10,090 nucleotides of DNA, from contig CBDCYI010000002.1 of NCBI GenBank assembly GCA_965224085.1, positions 1 to 10,090 of the forward strand, in the 5' to 3' direction. The notes under the pieces were generated by a model. That model did not search any database, was not told the origin of the DNA, and worked only from the letters and a program-made list of their open reading frames with translations. Of this stretch, positions 1-5,883 are shown piece after piece (the stretch's first letter is position 1; every line of letters begins with the position of its first letter). This DNA is from Candidatus Marinacidobacterales bacterium (GTDB taxonomy: Bacteria; Acidobacteriota; Vicinamibacteria; Marinacidobacterales; SMYC01). A program made the translations under genes and the position numbers.

Positions 1-201
1 AGAGACGACCTTCACTCGCAGATCGCCTACAGAAACGAGGGGGCTGATGTGGACCGAAATACTATACACAAAGTTCGGAAAGAGCTAGGCCTGGATGAGA
101 AGAGCGGATATGACTCAGATATTTTCTACAACAAAGGACCCAAGATTCCGCGTTTCATCAACAAGTACCGTAAAGTGCTCGATCGGCTGGCTAAAGTCTA
201 G
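1..201 (+). CDS. 3' end of a hypothetical protein (partial, runs off the window start)
   Basis: Frame 1 is open for 66 codons (RDDLHSQIAY...KYRKVLDRLAKV) to TAG at 199-201. About 48% GC by hand count (96/201), lower than the neighbouring genes. Product not recognised. Confidence 0.7.
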   Translation, partial: RDDLHSQIAYRNEGADVDRNTIHKVRKELGLDEKSGYDSDIFYNKGPKIPRFINKYRKVLDRLAKV

Positions 202-208
202 GGAAATC

Positions 209-237
209 GTTTCCCGCGCACGCGCGGGGATGGACCC
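209..237 (+). CRISPR. Solitary type I-E-like CRISPR repeat (single copy, not an array)
   Basis: GTTTCCCGCGCACGCGCGGGGATGGACCC is 29 nt with a CCCGCG/CGCGGG stem and a GGGGATGGACCC 3' end, the typical layout of I-E repeats. No second copy at about 61-nt spacing and no cas genes in the window. Confidence 0.55.
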
Positions 238-252
238 TCGGTAGTCGGCATT

Positions 253-300
253 GCTTTCGCGGTAGGGGCCGCCCGTAAGGGCGGTCCCTACCGCGAAAGC
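253..300. repeat. Long palindrome, GTAG-type REP-like element between convergent genes
   Basis: GCTTTCGCGGTAGGGGCCGCCC-GTAA-GGGCGGTCCCTACCGCGAAAGC gives a 22-bp stem with one G-T wobble and a GNRA loop. It reads as GTAG plus palindrome on both strands. No U-tract follows on either side. Confidence 0.8.
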
Positions 301-305
301 TAGGG

Positions 306-1955
306 TTAACCGGGATGTCCCATCGGCGTCTCCGCCCCTGACTCGTCCGCTACGTTCATATCCCAGACCGTGACGATTGGCCCGCCACGTTCGAGGGCCC
401 CGAAGCCGGAGAGAGGCAAGTAGAAAGCATCGCGCCGATAGAAGAACGGTGTCTCCTCCGAATCAGCACGAAAGGGATCGAAGCGCCGTAGGGCGGTGGC
501 ACGTCTCGCGAGCAGTTCGTGAACGTCCGACGCGAGTCGGTGCTCAAGGGGAGGGTATTCGTAGGTAACGAGGTAGCGCGCACCAGAAGCCAGAATCGCG
601 TTAACAGAACAAACTATCGTTACCGGCTCGAACGCTGGTGGGCGCCGACGGTCCGAGTTGATACTAGGTGCGCCGTATCCACGGCAGAGGGCGATCTTCG
701 ACCGTTTGGGGAGATTCTCCTCGATCCACTCGGTCGCGAGCAGTCGTGTGTCGGTCCGAGCCGCGAGACGATCGAATCGAACGGAGCTCGCGAGCGAAGG
801 CACGACGAGCAAAACAGTCAGGACCGCGGTAGCAGCTGCTCGGTGTCGAAAGCGGGCTGCAAGCCAAACGGAACTTTCGGCGGCGAACGCGGCAAGTACC
901 GGTATGAGGGGCAGCACGTATCGCGGGTAGACGATGCGTGCGCCGGCGATAGCGGTGAAGTAAACGACAGCGAATCCAAGCAGCGCGAGGTCCTCGGGTC
1001 GCCGCCGCCAGCCGGCGCGACCAAGCCCCACAACAGCGGCGGCAAAGAATGGCCACCCCAGCCCTCGGGGAAACGTGTCGCGCAGGTGAACCCACAGTGC
1101 CAATTCGTCAGGAGCATCAGTGAGGACGCGACCCATGTGCGTGACGAATCTGTAAACCTCTTCGTAGTGGAGAACGACGAAGGGCGATGTCACTGCAAAG
1201 ACCAAAACCGTCACCAAGCCCGCGACTGCAAGATTGGAGAGGGATCGGGCTCGCTCCTTCGCCTCTCCACCGAAGAGCACGGCGACGACGGGAAGGACGA
1301 GCGCCGAGACAACGACGGCGGCGTTGTACTTACTCGATGCAGCAAGGCCGGCGAACATGCCCGCGACGACATAGGACGACGTTTTCGACGACGAAGCCGC
1401 TCGGACGGCAAAGAGTACCGCCGCCGTCGCGAGAAACGTAGTGACCACGTCCACGGTCGCAAACCGCGAGTAGATGACATGAAGTAAGCTCGTGCCCAGG
1501 AGGAGAGCAGCCAGCCATCCTGTGTCTCGAGTCTGGAAGGTCGTGGTTGCAAGCAGATAGACGAGCGCTACCGTTGCGACGCCAAAGACGAGATTCACAG
1601 TGCGTGCCACTCGGTAGTGAAAACGTGGGCGTAGTACGACCATGTCGAAGAGCATGTCGAGACGCCGATCGTAGCGGCCCAGGAACTCCCCCACCTTGTA
1701 GTAGAGACGCAACGCCGCCACGTCTAGGTAGACGATGAAGCTTGGATACGGCAGCGAAACCGGATCCGGATTCCCGCTCGCGAACATTTGATAGGCGGCT
1801 TCCAGAGTAATCTCTTCATCTGGGCGCGCCATCGGATGCGGAAGGCCGTAATCCCAGCCCCACCAGCGCAGCACCGCCGCGAGAATGAGAATTGCGAGAA
1901 GTACGGCAGGGCGTGTCAGAGAAGCCGTCGCAGTCCAGCGCCGGAGCTCTGCCAT
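306..1955 (-). CDS. GT-C fold membrane glycosyltransferase (ArnT/PMT-like, GT39/GT83-type)
   Basis: 549 aa, many TM segments. Acidic first-loop motif GLPHPMARPDEE, then YPSF..YL, H...SRFATVD, AGLAASSKYN and RYVLPLIP motifs, with a soluble C-terminal domain. Confidence 0.88.
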   Translation of the reverse strand: MAELRRWTATASLTRPAVLLAILILAAVLRWWGWDYGLPHPMARPDEEITLEAAYQMFASGNPDPVSLPYPSFIVYLDVAALRLYYKVGEFLGRYDRRLDMLFDMVVLRPRFHYRVARTVNLVFGVATVALVYLLATTTFQTRDTGWLAALLLGTSLLHVIYSRFATVDVVTTFLATAAVLFAVRAASSSKTSSYVVAGMFAGLAASSKYNAAVVVSALVLPVVAVLFGGEAKERARSLSNLAVAGLVTVLVFAVTSPFVVLHYEEVYRFVTHMGRVLTDAPDELALWVHLRDTFPRGLGWPFFAAAVVGLGRAGWRRRPEDLALLGFAVVYFTAIAGARIVYPRYVLPLIPVLAAFAAESSVWLAARFRHRAAATAVLTVLLVVPSLASSVRFDRLAARTDTRLLATEWIEENLPKRSKIALCRGYGAPSINSDRRRPPAFEPVTIVCSVNAILASGARYLVTYEYPPLEHRLASDVHELLARRATALRRFDPFRADSEETPFFYRRDAFYLPLSGFGALERGGPIVTVWDMNVADESGAETPMGHPG

Positions 1956-1967
1956 AAGAAGGCGGGT

Positions 1968-1976
1968 ATCCTAGCA
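1968..1976 (-). promoter_or_regulatory. Possible extended -10 promoter (TGcTAGGAT) for the 306..1955 gene
   Basis: Minus strand reads TGCTAGGAT 12 nt before the ATG. No Shine-Dalgarno sequence, consistent with a short or absent leader. Confidence 0.3.
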
Positions 1977-2007
1977 CACGTCTGAGACATGGATGCCTCG
2001 ATGGGCC

Positions 2008-3993
2008 TCAGTCCGGTACGGCGACGAGCTCCATCCGGTAAAACGCTGCCCCGAGTTCGCGGGAATCTGCACTCAGGTCGAGCTCCGAGGGGCGCTTCGT
2101 CTTAACGAGGCGGAACGCAAGGACGTTGACTCCAGGCCGAAAGAGCTCAGCGGAGAGGACCCATCGCGCTGTCAACGTTTCGGCCGTGCTCAAACGGCGA
2201 CCCGGCTCGGTCGAGCCATTCACGGACACCCGAAGCTCGTTGGGCACGGTCTCAGAAAACGGCCGTACTTCGACGTTCAACTCGTACTCCCGCACGGCCC
2301 GCAACGGGACTAATAGCTGAGACACCTCGCCTAGCGACCATCGAAACGGTCGTCCATCAGCGTCGAGCTCTGCGTCTCCCCAGCCGGTTGCAACAAACGG
2401 CTCGCTACCCGAATCGAACACCAGCCTAAAATTTCCGAAGCCCTCGTGACCGAAGACGCGGTCAAACTTCTCCGGCGAAACGCCAAAGCGCCTGGCGAAG
2501 ATCCAATTCGCAGGCGCGGCAAACGGGTAGCCGAAGCGGTCATATAGCTCTCGGACGGTCCTCTCCGATACGCTTCGGAAGGAGACGAGGCGATCGGGTG
2601 GCACGAGCCCTCGCCGCGTTTGATGCGCAAGTTCCAGATTCCACAAAACGAGGGCTAGGCTTCCTCCGAGAATTGGGATGATGGGATGCCGACGCAGCCA
2701 ATCGAAGAGCACCGCGAGACCCACCACGAAGAACAGGAAACAACCGTCGAAACGCCGCCCACCGAACGACCAGCCTGCCCACCAGATACCTACGCTTGCA
2801 TTCACGTAGACCTGCAGCGCGAACCCGGTCATGAAGAGCCATGCCAGTCTGGAAGAGCGAAGCCAGAGCACTAGGCCGAGAACGCCCAGATACGCGACCG
2901 GGTTCCAGGGGAAGAGACCTCGATTCGTAGAGAACAGCACCTCGGACCACCGCATCTGGGTCCAGGAGACGTTGTGTCCCTCCGTGGGGAGAGCCACAGG
3001 GCTTCCCGATACCACCTGCCAAAACACCAACTGAGGCAGGAATGCCGCCGCCGCACTTGCAACCAGAACGACACCGTCGTGGAGAAGTGTCTTTGCTTCG
3101 CGAGAATCGCAGAACCGATCGAGGAGAGGAAGCACTATCATCGCGCCGTTCTGCCACCGCACCAGCGCGGCGACACCAATCAGCAGACCGAGCAAGGCGA
3201 AATCGCGCCTACGAGTAACGGGCCGGGCGTTTAGCCAGTAGCAGAGGAAGAAGCTCGTCCATGCGAACGACATCGCATGAGGCATGCCTGCTTCGACCAC
3301 CATGTACCATCCAAGAAACGACGCGGCCACGGATGTGACGAGGCTCAGTGCCGCGAGCCCGAGAGGCACAAACGCGCTCACGGTGCGAAGGAGCCAAACG
3401 AGTGCGAGCGAAGCAAAGAAATAGCCGCTCAGCTCGAACGCGGTCTCGTATGGATAGCCGAATCCATGAGCTGGGAGATCGAGGCCAAGCCCTATGCCGA
3501 TGCGAACGAGAAGGTGTGCGCCGGCGAGAAACGGCAATGACAGCAACGGCAGGCCCACAGGGTACCGCTCGGAGATCTTGATCCGTGGTCGCACGCCCTG
3601 GTAGTCGTTCGTGAAATCGACGTCACCGTCGAACAAAAGGGATCGAGCTTGAACAAAGTAGTGGACGGAGTCCGCGCTGAGGCGCACCCCGTGCTCGAAG
3701 TACAGACGGGCTCCGAAGAGGCATACAGCCACAAGGACGAGCTCAGCTGCGTCGTGATACAGCGTGCGTCGCGGACGGCGCGCCAAGAAGTGGTGCGCCG
3801 CAAGAAGGAGCCATGCCGCGGCGGCATGAACCGCGAAGCTGGTGAAGCGATTGTCGAAAGCGGGGGGCAGGTGAACGAAGCCCTGCGTAGCGACGATGGC
3901 GAACAAGTTGGCCAACTCGAGGCCGAACGCGCCAAGAAGTAGTCTCGGCAACCAGCTGTCTAGCCGGCGCGGGTAGTTCTTGAGAGGGGCCAT
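2008..3993 (-). CDS. GT-C-like multi-pass membrane glycosyltransferase with a C-terminal beta-rich extracytoplasmic domain
   Basis: 661 aa. SADSVHYFVQARSLLFDGDVDFTNDY acidic loop, YPVG, M.HA.SF, LVRWQN, LFS..RGLF.W.P and WWAGWSFGGRRF motifs. C-terminal GW...E....FRWS...VSVNG...GVN beta-sandwich pattern. Confidence 0.82.
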   Translation of the reverse strand: MAPLKNYPRRLDSWLPRLLLGAFGLELANLFAIVATQGFVHLPPAFDNRFTSFAVHAAAAWLLLAAHHFLARRPRRTLYHDAAELVLVAVCLFGARLYFEHGVRLSADSVHYFVQARSLLFDGDVDFTNDYQGVRPRIKISERYPVGLPLLSLPFLAGAHLLVRIGIGLGLDLPAHGFGYPYETAFELSGYFFASLALVWLLRTVSAFVPLGLAALSLVTSVAASFLGWYMVVEAGMPHAMSFAWTSFFLCYWLNARPVTRRRDFALLGLLIGVAALVRWQNGAMIVLPLLDRFCDSREAKTLLHDGVVLVASAAAAFLPQLVFWQVVSGSPVALPTEGHNVSWTQMRWSEVLFSTNRGLFPWNPVAYLGVLGLVLWLRSSRLAWLFMTGFALQVYVNASVGIWWAGWSFGGRRFDGCFLFFVVGLAVLFDWLRRHPIIPILGGSLALVLWNLELAHQTRRGLVPPDRLVSFRSVSERTVRELYDRFGYPFAAPANWIFARRFGVSPEKFDRVFGHEGFGNFRLVFDSGSEPFVATGWGDAELDADGRPFRWSLGEVSQLLVPLRAVREYELNVEVRPFSETVPNELRVSVNGSTEPGRRLSTAETLTARWVLSAELFRPGVNVLAFRLVKTKRPSELDLSADSRELGAAFYRMELVAVPD

Positions 3994-4014
3994 CGAGGCG
4001 TTTATCCGCTAGAC

Positions 4015-4042
4015 CGTATACCGATTCCCGAACGCGAAGCAA
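4015..4042 (-). promoter_or_regulatory. Possible sigma70-like promoter for the 2008..3993 gene
   Basis: Minus strand TTGCTT-N16-TATACG ending 21 nt upstream of the ATG. Weak match only. Confidence 0.2.
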
Positions 4043-4188
4043 ACCAGGAGTCCGCTTGATCGGGAGCGGTCTGGCATATGAACGGAGCGGACGAGACGGG
4101 AGCGGGGTAGGGCCGGGCTGTGCCTTCTATTTATTCATCCGCGCGCACCAAACTTGATTAATCTCCGGTCTGCCAGCACCATGCCGGC

Positions 4189-5207
4189 ATGATTTCGTCG
4201 TTGGTTCCCGCTCTCATCTCTGCCTTCAAGGCTCGTCGCGAGCTGGCTCTCGAGAATGTCGCTCTTCGGCAGCAGCTTGCCGTCCTCCGCCGTTCCGTGA
4301 AACGGCCGCGGCTCTCGAAGGTCGACCGCGTGTTTTGGGTGCTGTTGCGCAGAATCTGGACTGACTGGGAGGGTGTCCTCGTCATCGTGAAACCTGAGAC
4401 GGTCGTCCGCTGGCACCGTTGTGGGTTCAGACGATATTGGACTTGGAAGAGCCGACGGCGTAGGCCTGGACGACCAGGCGTCGCTCCCGAAATACGTGAG
4501 CTGATACGGAATATGAGCAGGGCCAACCCTCTCTGCGGAGCTCCCCGCGTGCATGGCGAGCTGGCGAAGCTGGGCATCTCCATTTCCCAGGCTGCCGTCT
4601 CCAAGTATATGGTTCGCCATCGCATCCCACCGTCCCATACTTGGCGGAGCTTTCTCGATAATCATGCAAAGGACTTGGTGTCACTCGACTTTTTCACTTT
4701 ACCGACTGCAACCTTCAGAGTTCTGTTCGTCTTCATTGTCCTTCGCCACGACCGTCGCCGTATCGTTCATTTCAATGTCACCGAACATCCTTCCGCCGAG
4801 TGGACGGCACAGCAAATGGTCGATGCTTTTCCATGGGATACAGCGCCTCGGTACCTGGTACGGGACCGAGACCAGACCTACGGAGCGTACTTCGACACTC
4901 GCGTCGACGGTCTCGGGATAGAGCAGGTCCTTACCGCACCGCGCTCCCCGTGGCAGAATCCATTCGTCGAACGGATGATCGGCTCCATTCGACGTGAGTG
5001 TCTCGACCATGTGATTGTCCTCGACGAGCGGCACCTGAAGCGAATCCTACGCAAATACGTCGACTACTATCATTCGTGCCGGACTCATTTGTCGCTTGAG
5101 AAGGACGCCCCGAGCCTCGCCGGGTAGAGTTACCGGCGATGGGCAAAGTCAGTGCCATCCCAAAGGTCGGTGATCTCCATCATCATTACACTCGACGCGC
5201 TGCTGGA
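4189..5207 (+). pseudogene. Integrase-core (rve) DDE transposase, frameshifted near the C-terminus
   Basis: ENVALRQQL, IVKPETVVRWHR, GAPRVHGEL, LDFF (D), RDRD (D) and NPFVERMIG (E) motifs. The called ORF stops at 5127, but the family-type tail EPRRVELPAMGKVSAIPKVGDLHHHYTRRAA continues in another frame from 5112 after a CCCC run (5108-5111). Confidence 0.85.
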
Positions 5208-5266
5208 GCCAGTCCGCTCGGAACGGCTGCCGGACTTCGCACCAGCTTACACCTCTACCCCTGAGT

Positions 5267-5284
5267 AGAGCCGACGCCGGCTCT
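5267..5284 (+). terminator. Hairpin in the 3' non-coding part of the IS
   Basis: AGAGCCG-ACGC-CGGCTCT 7-bp stem, overlapping a second stem CTCTAC/GTAGAG (5253-5270). It is followed by TAAAA, so any U-tract would be on the minus strand. Confidence 0.3.
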
Positions 5285-5370
5285 TAAAACGTCCTACGTG
5301 AAGACGACCAAAGCATTCTGGTTGCAGGAAGTTCGCCAATCTCATACAGCTCGAGTTTATGGAAGGGACA

Positions 5371-5459
5371 GGCTGCGCTTGGGATACGTCATGGTCGAAC
5401 ATACCTCGACCACCGCCATAGGTGGAGTCCGCTCTCAGCCAGAGCGGTGCAACAACGCC
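5371..5459 (-). mobile_element. Left-end remnant of a second IS5 (IS903-group) element
   Basis: Minus strand starts GGCGTTGTTGCACCGCTC, 13/18 identical to the TIR of the intact IS5. An ATG at 5392 lies 67 nt from the end (66 nt in the intact copy) and encodes MTYPKRS, compared with MSIFKRT. It is cut at the right end of the IS481-like element. Confidence 0.65.
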
Positions 5460-5651
5460 CCTCGATTCTGGCCTCTCGGGTGGCTTCTTTTCCGCTGCCG
5501 CACGGCTGTGCTCCGCAAAAAGTCGATCCAGCGTTGATTGCGCGGTTTAGACCTGCCATGATCAGCTGCTTCGCGCCGATCAACCCGACAAGGCCACCTG
5601 CGTCTTATGAACGTGGAGAGGCTCCCTCGGGCCAGACGATTGTAAAGCCTA

Positions 5652-5735
5652 CGGCCCTTGACCCGGTCGCAAACACAGACACTAAGCTGCTGATTTATGG
5701 TCTATTTCAAAAGGGCCGAGTTTTGGCACAGGACG
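5652..5735 (+). repeat. 84-bp repeat, copy 1 (inverted relative to 7865-7948)
   Basis: 79/84 identical, ungapped, to the reverse complement of 7865-7948. Confidence 0.95.
5683..5695 (-). promoter_or_regulatory. IHF-binding-site-like motif in the element end
   Basis: AATCAGCAGCTTA matches WATCARNNNNTTR. Copy 2 has AATCAGTAGCTTA at 7905-7917, differing only at an N position. Confidence 0.5.
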
Positions 5736-5736
5736 G

Positions 5737-5835
5737 GATGGTGCGGATATGCTCGAAGAGATTGCACTCGACGACCAGAATGTCCGCTTCGAGACCGACA
5801 CCGAGGGAGCCTGTCTGGTCCTCGATCTGCAACAT
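5737..5835 (-). pseudogene. Fragment of an amidohydrolase-family C-terminus
   Basis: Minus strand MLQIEDQTGSLGVGLEADILVVECNLFEHIRTI resembles the L....GSL..G..AD.VV...NP..DI signature. It ends at the mini-element, and an in-frame TGA lies three codons upstream of the Met. Confidence 0.6.
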
Positions 5836-5883
5836 CTTCTGTCAGCTCGTGCGCGTAACGAGAAATCGCGCCTCAATGGAACC

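Larger units (their letters stand above)
4119..5370 (+). mobile_element. IS481-like (integrase-core DDE) insertion sequence, 1252 bp
   Basis: TGT...ACA termini. Imperfect TIR: CTGTGCCTTCTATTTATTC (4118-4136) versus the reverse complement of GAGTTTATGGAAGGGACAG (5353-5371), 14/19 identical. Encloses a single transposase. Confidence 0.8.
5507..5735 (+). mobile_element. 229-bp non-autonomous mini-element of the IS481-like family
   Basis: Left end CTGTGCTCCGCAAAAAGTC versus reverse-complemented right end CCGTCCTGTGCCAAAACTC, 13/19 identical. ATG at 5558 gives MISCFAP, compared with transposase start MISSLVP. The last 84 bp are shared with 7865-7948. Confidence 0.6.

Noticed and set aside
55-69. 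RNTIH as a HEPN nuclease motif
   Set aside because: Spacing is R-X3-H rather than R-X4-6-H, and there is no supporting context.
148-300. A full CRISPR array
   Set aside because: No second repeat at the expected spacing on either side; only one unit is supported.
519-1487. 322-aa plus-strand ORF
   Set aside because: Antisense shadow of the 549-aa glycosyltransferase; R/G/D/E-rich with no recognisable motif.
4061-4106. Three GGAGCGG copies
   Set aside because: Short, unevenly spaced and unsupported by any other signal.
4107-4124. GTAGGGCCGGGCTGTGCC as a second GTAG REP
   Set aside because: The palindrome is incomplete and half of it is the IS left end.
4135-5034. Minus-strand ORFs of 176, 155 and 111 aa inside the IS
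   Set aside because: Antisense to the transposase, with no independent motif or translation signal.
4116-5373. GGC on both sides of the IS481-like element as a 3-bp target duplication
   Set aside because: Too short at high GC. The flanks are also not contiguous: the right flank is an IS5 remnant that does not continue on the left.
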